The notes under the pieces were generated by a model. It worked only from the letters and a program-made list of their open reading frames with translations, was not told where the DNA came from and made no database searches. DNA of 64,000 bases from NCBI GenBank assembly GCA_041690135.1, contig JAWLHY010000001.1, positions 576,001-640,000 on the forward strand, given 5' to 3'. Shown here piece by piece: positions 11,101 to 20,112 of the stretch (its first letter is position 1; every line of letters begins with the position of its first letter). Made by a program: the position numbers and the translations under genes. The stretch is from Armatimonadota bacterium (GTDB taxonomy: Bacteria > Armatimonadota > SYMT01).

Positions 11101-13408
11101 CCAGGGCTAGTCGCAAGAACTCCCCTGATCCAGGGTTGATGGCGTTGACACGGAGCGTCTTCAGATAGGTGTGGAGGTCGAGGTAGCTCTTGATCTCGGA
11201 GCCGATATCCTTCGGCTGAAGGTCAGTGAGTGAAGGCTCGATGAGACCGAAGCCGGTCACCCGCGCTACTTCGGACAGCAGCGTGCCCGGATCGTCGGTA
11301 TTAAGCGGTACGCAGATGGCATGGAAGAAGCCGAGGTTGTCGGCGAAGATTTCTGATCGTTCCCCTGCTTCCCCCCTCACGAGAAACGCGGGCAGGTTGA
11401 GGGGCGCGAGATGTGCCAGTGCCGTCTCATTCAAACGGGCTGCTCGCGTGCGCTGCGGCAGTCCCACCAACTCGCCAGTGATCTTACTGATCCACTCCGC
11501 GTAGGCCACGTACCACAGCAGGCGCAGTGGATGGGTGGGCAGCACCACCGTGGCGTGAGGCCGACCGGGCAAGTAAGGTATCTCTAACTGGAGAGTGTCG
11601 AGGGCGAGTAGAGCCGCCGCATCCTCCCGCGAGCCACCGTTGGTGTCGGAGCGGCGAGCGCTGGTGGCTGCATCAAGCAGGTCACAGTATGCCTTGGCGT
11701 AGGCGCGGACATGGCGGCAGACGCTGGCGCTGAGATCAGCCGTTTCGATGAGGCCGCGCCCCTTCTGATCCCGTATGGCATCAAACGCTTGCTTCCGTTC
11801 CCTGGTGAACTTGCTCCAGGCGTCCGACAAACCCGCGCTGACGACCACAGGCTGTGCTTCCACACGGTCGCGGTCCAGGGTGTCTACGCCCGTCACAGTC
11901 GCTGTATAGCGCCCCCCTAGCAGCGGGTTAGCGAGAGCATCTGTCTCCAACTCCCGCAGGAAGGGGGTCGTCGCCACACGGACTACCGAGCGCTCGTTCA
12001 CCATGAACGGGTAGTACGCCAGGTCCTTCTCTTCCACGGGAAGCGGGGAGAGGTGGTACTGCGCCTCCTTACCCCGCATCGCAAGGGAAAGCACGGCGTC
12101 AGGCAAGCATCGGAACGTCGGAAGCCGACGCAGCTTGGCCTGGTCTCCATCTGTGCCTGCCGCCTCCAGGTAGAAGCTCTGGCTGATGCCTTCGATGGCT
12201 TCGCTCGTCTCGGGGTCGAGAATCTCGGTGCCATTAGTGTCTAACCCCACCACGCGAGCCTGAACCTCTCGCACGTCCAGAGTGGCGGGGTCCAGGTCAA
12301 GCGAGACCTTGGCGGACCGGGCGCTCCCGCGCACCGTCGCCTGGGGAAGGTCCACGCCTGCGGCGTCACCAGCATCGTATTTGTCGCGGTCGGGGATCAA
12401 TTCGACTCGCCACTGCGCGACATCCGTGGGTTTGCTGGGCTGTGGCTCCCAGCGCACCGTGACCTTCTGCTTAGGTCCACACTCCGCGTAAGGAACCGTC
12501 CCAGGTGCCGCCTGCTTCAGTCCGCAACTGGCTCTGACGACGCCGTTCTCATAAAACGGCACCACGTCGATCCTTTCCAGATCGGACGGCTCGACCTTCG
12601 GGAACTGCCACTGGTCAAAGGTCAGGCGGCCCTGCCAGTCCGGCTCCGTCAGGATGCGGAGCCATTCGCGATCTGACTGGAGCCGCTTCCCGATCAGGTA
12701 CTGGCTCAACTCCGTCTGGATGGTATTCGGGGCGAGCTTGAGGGATGCGACTCGCTCGGCTACGCTGGAGTGCGGGCGGGCAGGTCGTGCCAGGCGATCC
12801 ACCGATTGCCGGTTCAGGTCCAAGCGCCTGGCATAGTCGTCGTGCTCGGAGTAATCCGGGATCAGACCTACCCGCCACAACTCGGCTCCCGCCGTCTCCA
12901 GCGTCGGGTTGTCCAGGATGGCGGAGAGATAGTCGATCTCGTCCTCCACGGGCACTCGCGCCGTGCCACGCAACTGTCGGAAGACGGCGTTCACGTAGGG
13001 CTTCACGTCTCTGGGGATGTCGTTCTGAAGCTCATCCACAAGCCTACGGAGGAACTCGGGGAGGTCGAAGGGAGCGAAGGAGTTGCCGAGCGAGCTAACC
13101 GCCACATCCTGAAGATCGGCAGGCACGAACAGGCAGAGGCCGGACCGCTTGCGGTTGCGAAGCTCGATAGCCCGGTCGGAGGGGATTTGCAGGTCGTCCT
13201 GTTGATCGTGTGACAAAACATACGTCTCAGCGTTCGCACTCATCACAGACCGCAGACCCATACCCGCGCTGCGGGCTTCCTCCGCGCTCAGATGGTCCAC
13301 GCGCACGCAGTGCCCTGGGAGCTTGCCGTCGAACTCGCTCGCCAGCCGTTCGATCAATCGCTGCATCTTCCGCGAGAGTGGTGGTGCCGATCCCACGGGG
13401 CCATTCAT
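8198..13408 (-). CDS. MAD8/DndH(DptH)-like protein with C-terminal HerA/FtsK ATPase
   Basis: 1736 aa; AIELRN near N-terminus, LPTHPLRLLW, DWVLTVDRHFGVEYYD, nuclease-like RCDLLLV...LEVKYR, Walker A GIPGQGKS, Walker B IVLDEAH, KEGRKFG. Confidence 0.8.
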   Translation of the reverse strand: MNGPVGSAPPLSRKMQRLIERLASEFDGKLPGHCVRVDHLSAEEARSAGMGLRSVMSANAETYVLSHDQQDDLQIPSDRAIELRNRKRSGLCLFVPADLQDVAVSSLGNSFAPFDLPEFLRRLVDELQNDIPRDVKPYVNAVFRQLRGTARVPVEDEIDYLSAILDNPTLETAGAELWRVGLIPDYSEHDDYARRLDLNRQSVDRLARPARPHSSVAERVASLKLAPNTIQTELSQYLIGKRLQSDREWLRILTEPDWQGRLTFDQWQFPKVEPSDLERIDVVPFYENGVVRASCGLKQAAPGTVPYAECGPKQKVTVRWEPQPSKPTDVAQWRVELIPDRDKYDAGDAAGVDLPQATVRGSARSAKVSLDLDPATLDVREVQARVVGLDTNGTEILDPETSEAIEGISQSFYLEAAGTDGDQAKLRRLPTFRCLPDAVLSLAMRGKEAQYHLSPLPVEEKDLAYYPFMVNERSVVRVATTPFLRELETDALANPLLGGRYTATVTGVDTLDRDRVEAQPVVVSAGLSDAWSKFTRERKQAFDAIRDQKGRGLIETADLSASVCRHVRAYAKAYCDLLDAATSARRSDTNGGSREDAAALLALDTLQLEIPYLPGRPHATVVLPTHPLRLLWYVAYAEWISKITGELVGLPQRTRAARLNETALAHLAPLNLPAFLVRGEAGERSEIFADNLGFFHAICVPLNTDDPGTLLSEVARVTGFGLIEPSLTDLQPKDIGSEIKSYLDLHTYLKTLRVNAINPGSGEFLRLALDDALAEATADDETLGTDGRSSLHLDLITHTESDVQTPAPGLEAITEEWYRRGLRARGTHLRPGVQVSRRTLTDANLDSLPGGDVHLTLCLDHYKPHIAVSQARDGGEAQGSSGSHYATGTSAAIFGLLTHFQTQFFSEEGRAIWERKVVFEGEQVAERHPVNRAYSDLLVEGQEAFLRLSARLVDGQAQTNQVPALRLEVGPEERRIVSTLHQQSDWVLTVDRHFGVEYYDTPTDTHLASQARQYLLDYTPEFLDGLGHRLVVTTQWKEEVADVIARAMHELGLARDERSCAELLATLKMISGRLALRLIGNEVGSDLGQDSFAKETVSLAVVANYLQQKGELQDAIVVPLDAHKRLFLDAKQAQVTESGSRCDLLLVRPTRQRLLIDYLEVKYRIGNNPVPTPLLDQIADQTARTDQTFRSLYFADPARFDAPILRCQLAAILRFYAERAYRHGRITNDSHYAEMLSNIRRVEMGFARLASRFFGYVVNLDGQSRRPFTHRDNMITVLTGIEVERDTSFRPSVRPSQSGSGSQEPPITAEASADQRGEGRAATEARVSTAVLDTPTMPQPAEDAPEVEEAVEVESAEPSREPDERRTDGPSKLVIPLGRSVHSDAEVSWTGSVSGSSHLFVLGIPGQGKSWAVLRLLSEVTRRGIPALIFDFHGQFGQGDTPFAKAAKPLVLDVSQGLPFSPFEASAGQGGGTNQWRTNAFQVGEIIEYVFGLGDMQRDLVYEAIRDCYQRAGYESDGDRDSDLTPPTMAEVFTRLKELENERRGIKNTVARCRMLFEFDMFREDAAETLAFHPSRLQTTVIDLHRVGIETMQMAAGAFVLRKLYKDMFLWGETDRLRLLIVLDEAHRLAKDTTLPKLMKEGRKFGIAVVVASQNMQDFRPEVLDNAGTKVIFRTNYPLSKRVSGYLKAPHFIPDTVSKLEGLDVGHALIQTPQMATCAEVEMYPYLSTTAEGIAE

Positions 13409-13420
13409 TGTCGCATGATC

Positions 13421-15154
13421 CTATGAGTGCTGGAGGGTTGTCGATTCAGTTGCAGTGGGTCTCGCGTCCTCGGGTAGGTCGCTGTGGAAGCGCGGGAAGA
13501 TGCGCTGAGCGTTGAAGTCGTCGGACAGGTCCAGGAAGAGGCCCATCTGGCGGAGGCGCTGCTTGAGCGCGGTGAAGTTGTCCTTGGCGGCGGCGGTGGC
13601 TTCGACGCTATGATCGAAGGATGGCGGAGTGTCGATCAGGATGCCGAACCGCTCCTGGAGGAAGGTCAAGAACGCCGCCAACGTAATGCTTCGAGGTTCA
13701 GGAGCGGGTCTAGGGTCTCCGCTCTGCCGTTGCGCCTCGGGTGAGAGGACCGCTAGCTGGACGAGCGTCTCTAGCAACAGATCGCTCAGCACGTAGCGCC
13801 ACACCCGCCGCCCGCGCTCATTCCCACGCAGTATCCCGTCCGAACGGCGCAGCCCCCCCACGTCGCCGTACCACTTCAGGATGTTGCGGAGACCACTCTT
13901 ACGCTGAAGCAGGACCAGTAGCTCGCTGACTCGGGAGAGCACGTCCAGATCAGGGTGCTCCAGGATCGCCTGAACATCCAGGGGTAGGCTCGTGTCGTCG
14001 TCGCCCTCGCCACGGAAGAGCTTCTCGATCTCTCGCTCATCACTTCGGGCGTCCGCCCTGATATCTGGGTGTTCTCGCAGTCCCCAGAGCGTCGTGAGGT
14101 ATTCCCCACCCACCTTCGGGCCAATCTCGCGCTTCAGGTCCCGATTACCTTCCACGTAGCGGTTGAGCGTGCGAAGCTTGAGCACGGAGTGGAAGAAGTT
14201 CTCCATCTCCTCCAGATGCCGGTTCACGCATTCGTTCGCCAACGTGTCGCTGCGGCTACCTCGGATCTGGGTGAGATCAACGTATAGCTCCAGTGGCGTC
14301 AGTTCCTGGCTTCGGGGGTCAAACTCGGGAGGCACCTCGCCTTGGACGACCAGAGTGTTCGTCGCCTTCATCAGCCTGAGGGTGTAGATCAGGAGTTCAA
14401 AGTTCAGCAGGCAGATCAAGTAGCGGGCCAGTATCTGCGGCGGAACGCGACCTGAGTAGACAGTCAGAAATCCCGCGATATCCCAGGCAAGGCTCTGTGC
14501 CGCGAAGGCGCAGGCGGGAGGTGCAGGGGGGCGAGCCGACCGATTGCTCTCTCGTGGGGCGTCGAAGCCGTCCAGATAGTACAGTTGCAGCAGCACCTCT
14601 AGGTCGAGCGGAGTGTGCCCATCGTACCGCCCGTCTTTGCTCGCTCCCTGGCCTAGCTCTACGCCACGTGCGAACGTTCGGGTGATGAGAGCGTCGAATA
14701 TTCCCTGGACGACACCTCGATCCCGTGGGTCTCGGGTCAATAGCGTGGTGAGCAATCCGTACAGGAAGTGGTGAACCTGCCGCATCCGGCTCGTCTGCGC
14801 GGGAAAGGACGGCTTGTAGGACAGGAAGGAAAGCGGACGAATGTAGGCGATCTGCTCCGCCTTGTGAGCACGGCCCACGGTGCTCGTCTCAATAATGCTG
14901 GTCCGTACCCATTTATCCAGAAGCCGGATACCACTCTCGTCCAGGAAGCCTTTCAGCTTGGGATGACCCGCTAGCGCGGTGGTCCGACCGATGATGTCTT
15001 TCGTATCGGTGCGGGTTGCCCGATCCCTTCCGCCAGACCGGACGAGCCAGAAGAGAGCAGGCAGGAGCATCTCCACGTCAAAATCATTCATCTCGACAAC
15101 AAACAACTCGTCGAGCTTCGTCCCTGCGAGGTCACGGGGGAGCTTTACGCGCAT
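13421..15154 (-). CDS. MAD7/DndG(DptG)-like protein
   Basis: 577 aa between kinase and ATPase; C-terminal FLQERFGILID...LKQRLRQMGLFLDLSDD as in DptG-like proteins. Confidence 0.7.
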   Translation of the reverse strand: MRVKLPRDLAGTKLDELFVVEMNDFDVEMLLPALFWLVRSGGRDRATRTDTKDIIGRTTALAGHPKLKGFLDESGIRLLDKWVRTSIIETSTVGRAHKAEQIAYIRPLSFLSYKPSFPAQTSRMRQVHHFLYGLLTTLLTRDPRDRGVVQGIFDALITRTFARGVELGQGASKDGRYDGHTPLDLEVLLQLYYLDGFDAPRESNRSARPPAPPACAFAAQSLAWDIAGFLTVYSGRVPPQILARYLICLLNFELLIYTLRLMKATNTLVVQGEVPPEFDPRSQELTPLELYVDLTQIRGSRSDTLANECVNRHLEEMENFFHSVLKLRTLNRYVEGNRDLKREIGPKVGGEYLTTLWGLREHPDIRADARSDEREIEKLFRGEGDDDTSLPLDVQAILEHPDLDVLSRVSELLVLLQRKSGLRNILKWYGDVGGLRRSDGILRGNERGRRVWRYVLSDLLLETLVQLAVLSPEAQRQSGDPRPAPEPRSITLAAFLTFLQERFGILIDTPPSFDHSVEATAAAKDNFTALKQRLRQMGLFLDLSDDFNAQRIFPRFHSDLPEDARPTATESTTLQHS

Positions 15155-15163
15155 CTCCGCCTC

Positions 15164-18100
15164 CTAGCCCTGCTCGACCGGCAGAAGCTCGATAAAACCG
15201 CCTACTTGCCTGACGCGGTGCAACTGACGCCCGCTCTCCATGAGGAGAAGCTCCTCGGCAGCCTGGTTCAGCAGCCGGTTCTGAAACTGCGCGAGATCGA
15301 TGACGAACGGCTGCTGTTCCTCCGCTCCAGCCTGGTAACCCTCACTGAACCGCATGAGAATCTCGTATAAGTCCAGGGAGATCAGGATGGAGGCATCGCT
15401 CTTCAGATGCAGAAGCTCTAGCGCGTTCGGCAGCACCTCGATGCTGGTCTCTCGCGGCAAGAGCACACGGCACTCGAACTCCGAGTGAGGGAACCTCTTA
15501 AAGACGGTAAGACCGACCTCCTCGTTGTGGCTCGTCCGCACGCAGAGGAACTGGCGATACATGCGGGGGTCCACAATTCCGTCTGCCCGCGAGATGGCTT
15601 CGCAGAGCGTGTCCCTTACTGCCTCCAGCGGCGTTCTGCCGCTGACTGCATCAAGAAACGCGCTGAAGTGACGATAGGGCAGCAGGTCCGGCCACTCTGG
15701 GAGGTGCTGCTCGTGGTTTAAGAGCGCGTTACCGTCTCCCTCGAAGAAGAGACGCCGTTTGTATGCGCCATACCAATCGCGGCCAAGAGCCGTGATGTTG
15801 AGCCCATTTAACGGATCGAGCGCCCGGTTGGTCAGCGGCAGCATGATCCCGTCGATCTCATGCTGGGTGTCGGCATGGCGGCGGAAGTGCAGGAAGCGAT
15901 CCAGCCTGGGAGAGGAGACTTCGGCTGGGTCACAGGCTGCGAAGTCCTTCAAGTTGTCTTCTCCCTCGTCTTCCGGGTTGAAGGCAGCCATGAAGTAGAG
16001 CCGATTGTACCAGTGGGGAGGTCGTTCGTTCTGATCGAGTTCGCGGTGGATGTCCCCGCACGTGGTGGCACCCGTCAGGAGATAGGCCAGCGCCGAACGC
16101 AAGTCGCGCATGGTGACGTGCCGCTCCCTCCGCAGGTGGATGATCTGGAGCAGCGCCCGTATCCGCCTGCGTACTTCCGCACCATGCTGGGGATCGGCTA
16201 GGGTGTCCCGATTGAACTTCATCGGACAGGTCGTCCGTGCTCGACAGGCATCACAGGCCCGCCACTCGTCGCTGAAGATGAGCTTCCCCAGCACTTGGTC
16301 GAACAGGTCGCCCGCCGCCCCCTCCGCGAGTTCGCCCCCGACCACTGCTCTCTGCTTCAAGTCAACGAGCGCTACTCGCTCGTCCACGTGCCAGTCCGGT
16401 CTTTCAAGCAGACGGTAGACTTGCTTGCCAAGCCATTTGTAGTTGGGGTTGGACAGGAGAAACTCGCGCAGCTTCCCATCGTTGATGGCAAGCAGTGCGG
16501 TGTAGGCAGGGTCGCGAGGAGCGGAGTCGCCACGGAAAGGGCGCAGGATTTCGTCCAGCAATTCATTCGCTCGCTTCCCTCGGCTCGACTCGGATGCATC
16601 GTAGTTTGCCGCGAATTCCCGCTCTTCCAGGCGGTAGCGCCAACCGTTCTGACTGTCGCAAGGAATGGCCTCCGCGCCAGCCTCCGCAAGCGCCTCACCG
16701 AGTTGCTCCAGGAACGCCGTCTTACCGTCACCTGGGTTACCACTCAGCAGCACGACCCAGTAGCGGCCCTCCAGCACCCGTGGAATGAGTTCCCGGTCTA
16801 GCTTCGTGGGCACGTAAGTGTCACAAGCGAAGTCGGTGTCCAGCCCCCGATTGTCGGCGTTACCCACGCGGCTGTTCCGGTAGAGACCCTGGATGTCCGT
16901 GACCCAAGTGTTGATGACGCGCTCTCCAGTGGCGGTCACGAACCCCTGGGCGGCTGCCGCCGTGCGCAGAGCGTCAGCGAACTCCTTGGCGGTCGTGAAG
17001 CGTGAGGACTGATCGGCGGAGATCGCTCGACGGATGACGCCCAAAACCTCACCACGAACAAGGTCGTCAGCGGGAGCCAGACTGATGATCTGGCTCTTGT
17101 CAAACCGGCCCTGGAGATCGTGGCAGAATGGTGACTTGCCTGTAAGCATCCTGAACAGCAGTACTCCCAGGGCGTAGGTGTCACAGGTGGAGTTCCACGG
17201 GTCACCCCGATCAAGCTCGGGGGCACGGTAGGCGACCGTCCCGACGGCGGTCCTCCCGACCTCCGCAATGGGCGCAGCGAAGCCGAAGTCAATCAGTTTT
17301 GGACCCGAGTCAGTGATGATGATATTCCGTGCGGAAAGATCGCGATGAGCAAAGGCGTGCGCCTCCAGCGTGTCTAGGGCCTCCAGCACGTCATGGGCGA
17401 AGCTGAGCACGCGGTCGAGAGGCCAGGGAAACTCGCTGCTGAGATCATCGACCGAGGAGCCGTGGACGTACTCCAGCTTGAGATGGAACGGATCCTCAGG
17501 CCTTCGGACATCGAAGACGCGCATGATGCAGCGATGGGACGGCAATCGCTGGAGCGCGTTGAACTCGTTGCCTGCGAGGCGGTGTGCCTGGAGGGGATCA
17601 CGAATCTGTTTCAAGACGAAGGTGCCGCCATACAGGTAGTCACGCACCAGATAGGTATTTGCGGTCCCGCCCGTGCCCAGGACCCGCTCGACCTCATACT
17701 GTTCGGCGATACGATCACCCCGCTGATACAATCCCCCGAAGGGTCTTTGGCCTGGGGTGCCTTCCACGACCGGCTGCCTGACCTCGCTGGATGCCTCGCT
17801 CGCAGCAGCATCGGCGCGGGCGAGCCGGGCGGCGAATAGCTCCCGCAGAAACTTCCTGGCTTCCTCGGCGCTTTGCCATCGGTTACGGTCATCGGCGACA
17901 ACCATCGACCTGAGCACATCCCGCAGGTTGTCGATCTCGTCGGGGAGCAGCCCCGAGTCGTCCAGGCGGAGGGCCGGAATGTTGATGTTGCCGTCGGTAT
18001 CTCGCATCTCCTGGGCGCTCATACCTGTGAATAGCTCAGCCAGGATCAGACCTGCCGCAAAGATGTCCGAGGCGGCGGACGCGAAGGACATGCTGACTGC

Positions 18101-19228
18101 AAGCTCGGGAGCGCGATAAGGCGAGTCTAGGGCGAGGGCATCCGCAGTCGAGGCGATAGACTGGCTATTTGCCAACCGAGCGAACTCAAAGTCGGCAAAG
18201 ACCACTCGGGGAGGGGTCCGTGATTGATCGAGAAACACGTTGTCGGGCGTGAGGTTCCGATGGACGACTCCCTGCTCGTGGAGCAGAGCGAGACCCGTGA
18301 GAAGCGCTTCTCCCAGTTCCAATGCATCCCCTAAAGTTAGCTCCCCGCTGGTGAGGCTCACTGAATAGGCCCGCAGCGAGGGCAGGGCTACCAGGTGCTG
18401 CGGCACCACGATGTAGCGGTCATCCCCCCACTTGAATGGCAGGTCTACCCCAGGGGCCATGCCAGCATTCACCAGCTTGCTCAATGCATGAAAGTCCCGG
18501 TAGATCAACTCTTCCTGGCGGCTCCGCTCGTCATTGTTCAGACCACTGAGTTCATAGAGCTTGAGCCGTCGTTTCCCATCAGTTGTCGCCGCTTCGTGCT
18601 GGGCCAAGAAGGCGCGGTAGTGGGGACCGCCTGTGAGCGCTTCCAGAATGCGATAAGCATTGATGGCACGAGGGAGTGTGGGGCGTGGCGGGAGTAGGCG
18701 CAGCTTCTCCATGATCTGCGGTTGAAAGCGTGCGAGATCATGATCACGGTTACGGCGATCTAGGGTTCGCAACGCTTGGTCCGCGTCAGCCAGCTTGACG
18801 ATCTGGTCTCGGCGCTGCTCTTGCACCAACAAGGTCGCCTCTGGGTCCGACAGGATTACCAACGGCAGGACGAAGGGAACTCCCCCGAACTCAGTGGTGA
18901 CTCCCGGCACCTGATCGCGGACGTAACCGGCTAATCGCCTCGCAACGTACTCCATCTTGTTGAGCGGGCTTTCGAGACTTTCGCGGGAATCCAGCACCCA
19001 GTAGCTCTCGGTTCCGTGGATACGGCCCCGAAGCCCTTTCTCATCCGCAACGAAGATAGTGTGATCGGCGACGATGATGAAGTCTACCTCGCGAGTGGAC
19101 CCATTCGGCATCGTGAATATCTTGTTCGAGACGACCTTCCACTCACGCGGCAGCTTGTCGCGGAAGTATTCCGCCGCTGTCTGCTCACCTTTAGTGATGA
19201 AGTCGCCGAATTGCACAAGTTCTGCCAC
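15164..19228 (-). CDS. MAD6-like NERD + two Ser/Thr kinase domains + DndF-like P-loop domain
   Basis: NERD REVDFIIV...DEKG; kinase 1 HRNLTPDN/DFE; kinase 2 GTGGTA, HRDLSARN, DFG, YRAPE; P-loop GNPGDGKT; CDAC..CP; TMRDLRSALAY. Likely GTG start 19228 after GAGAGGGG. Confidence 0.8.
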   Translation of the reverse strand: MAELVQFGDFITKGEQTAAEYFRDKLPREWKVVSNKIFTMPNGSTREVDFIIVADHTIFVADEKGLRGRIHGTESYWVLDSRESLESPLNKMEYVARRLAGYVRDQVPGVTTEFGGVPFVLPLVILSDPEATLLVQEQRRDQIVKLADADQALRTLDRRNRDHDLARFQPQIMEKLRLLPPRPTLPRAINAYRILEALTGGPHYRAFLAQHEAATTDGKRRLKLYELSGLNNDERSRQEELIYRDFHALSKLVNAGMAPGVDLPFKWGDDRYIVVPQHLVALPSLRAYSVSLTSGELTLGDALELGEALLTGLALLHEQGVVHRNLTPDNVFLDQSRTPPRVVFADFEFARLANSQSIASTADALALDSPYRAPELAVSMSFASAASDIFAAGLILAELFTGMSAQEMRDTDGNINIPALRLDDSGLLPDEIDNLRDVLRSMVVADDRNRWQSAEEARKFLRELFAARLARADAAASEASSEVRQPVVEGTPGQRPFGGLYQRGDRIAEQYEVERVLGTGGTANTYLVRDYLYGGTFVLKQIRDPLQAHRLAGNEFNALQRLPSHRCIMRVFDVRRPEDPFHLKLEYVHGSSVDDLSSEFPWPLDRVLSFAHDVLEALDTLEAHAFAHRDLSARNIIITDSGPKLIDFGFAAPIAEVGRTAVGTVAYRAPELDRGDPWNSTCDTYALGVLLFRMLTGKSPFCHDLQGRFDKSQIISLAPADDLVRGEVLGVIRRAISADQSSRFTTAKEFADALRTAAAAQGFVTATGERVINTWVTDIQGLYRNSRVGNADNRGLDTDFACDTYVPTKLDRELIPRVLEGRYWVVLLSGNPGDGKTAFLEQLGEALAEAGAEAIPCDSQNGWRYRLEEREFAANYDASESSRGKRANELLDEILRPFRGDSAPRDPAYTALLAINDGKLREFLLSNPNYKWLGKQVYRLLERPDWHVDERVALVDLKQRAVVGGELAEGAAGDLFDQVLGKLIFSDEWRACDACRARTTCPMKFNRDTLADPQHGAEVRRRIRALLQIIHLRRERHVTMRDLRSALAYLLTGATTCGDIHRELDQNERPPHWYNRLYFMAAFNPEDEGEDNLKDFAACDPAEVSSPRLDRFLHFRRHADTQHEIDGIMLPLTNRALDPLNGLNITALGRDWYGAYKRRLFFEGDGNALLNHEQHLPEWPDLLPYRHFSAFLDAVSGRTPLEAVRDTLCEAISRADGIVDPRMYRQFLCVRTSHNEEVGLTVFKRFPHSEFECRVLLPRETSIEVLPNALELLHLKSDASILISLDLYEILMRFSEGYQAGAEEQQPFVIDLAQFQNRLLNQAAEELLLMESGRQLHRVRQVGGFIELLPVEQG

Positions 19229-19358
19229 GGGTCCACCCCTCTCGATGGCCGACTGCCGCATCTGGGGCAGCGTTGGGTAGCGCGTCTGTAGCGTACCGCC
19301 TTTAAGCCAATCAGCCAAGCTGCCCGGCTTTCCCTCCTTCAATTCTCTCGAACTGCGG

Positions 19359-19413
19359 ATTTTTCCTCAATTTGCTGCCGCCATGCGCTATGGGTAGTGG
19401 AAAACGCGCTACA
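19359..19413 (+). promoter_or_regulatory. Divergent control region with TTTTCCTCAATT and AAACGCGCTACA motifs
   Basis: Both motifs recur elsewhere in the island (29925, 30093; 7421). Confidence 0.5.
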
Positions 19414-19426
19414 CAAAGGAGGCAAG

Positions 19427-19873
19427 ATGCAGACGTTGACGAGAGACGGGGTTGGGTATCGCACCCGCGTGATGACGGAACAGAATGCTCAATCGTTTGC
19501 CGCCTGCCTGCGGGCCAACGGCCAGTTCACCAACGTGGAAGTTCACGAGGAGCCACGAGCCAAGGGGGAGCGCCGCTATTACGTCGCCTACCAGCCGTCA
19601 GACCCACAGCAGCAGCAGGTGCTTCTCCAGGGCCACGAGGAGCAGCGCCGCGCCAGAGCCGAGAGTGAGGGCGAGCAATACCTCTTCGTCGAGAATTCGG
19701 ACACTGGCCGCTTCTTCTGGTGCCAGTCGGTCAGCGGCGAAGTGTACGAGGTGACACTCCACAACTGCACCTGCCCGGATGCCGAGTTCCGCTGCCGGAC
19801 GAACGGAATCCGCTGCAAGCACTCCCTGGCGCTGGAGAAGGCCCAAGAACGCGGTGCCGTCCTCACCTTCTGA
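19427..19873 (+). CDS. SWIM zinc-finger protein (mobile element type)
   Basis: YEVTLHNCTCPD...CKH SWIM motif; AAGGAGG RBS before ATG 19427. Confidence 0.85.
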   Translation: MQTLTRDGVGYRTRVMTEQNAQSFAACLRANGQFTNVEVHEEPRAKGERRYYVAYQPSDPQQQQVLLQGHEEQRRARAESEGEQYLFVENSDTGRFFWCQSVSGEVYEVTLHNCTCPDAEFRCRTNGIRCKHSLALEKAQERGAVLTF

Positions 19874-19881
19874 TGCATGAG

Positions 19882-19907
19882 AGGGCCGGGAGTCCGCATC
19901 CGGCCCT
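19882..19907 (+). terminator. GC hairpin after SWIM gene
   Basis: AGGGCCGG-N10-CCGGCCCT; no clear U tract. Confidence 0.3.
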
Positions 19908-20112
19908 AAGCACGCCGAGGAACGCCGATGAAGGACGACGAACTACTCTCGCAGACCACCCGACATCCCACCGACTTCACCCACCGTGTTGACGCGCAAA
20001 TCCAGCGGCTCGACGACCTCTAACAAAGCGTGCAGGTTCACTACAAGTACTTCCCAGCGGGTGTCGTCAATAGCTTCGGGTGGTAGACGGCCATTACAGA
20101 CGGGTACCAACA

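Noticed and set aside
15164-19228. BREX PglW call
   Set aside because: Shares the NERD-kinase layout, but no pglX/pglY/pglZ is present and the downstream genes are DndG/H-like.
8198-19228. Complete phosphorothioate (Dnd) system
   Set aside because: No dndBCDE or ssp genes in the window, and the kinase fusion fits MAD6 better.
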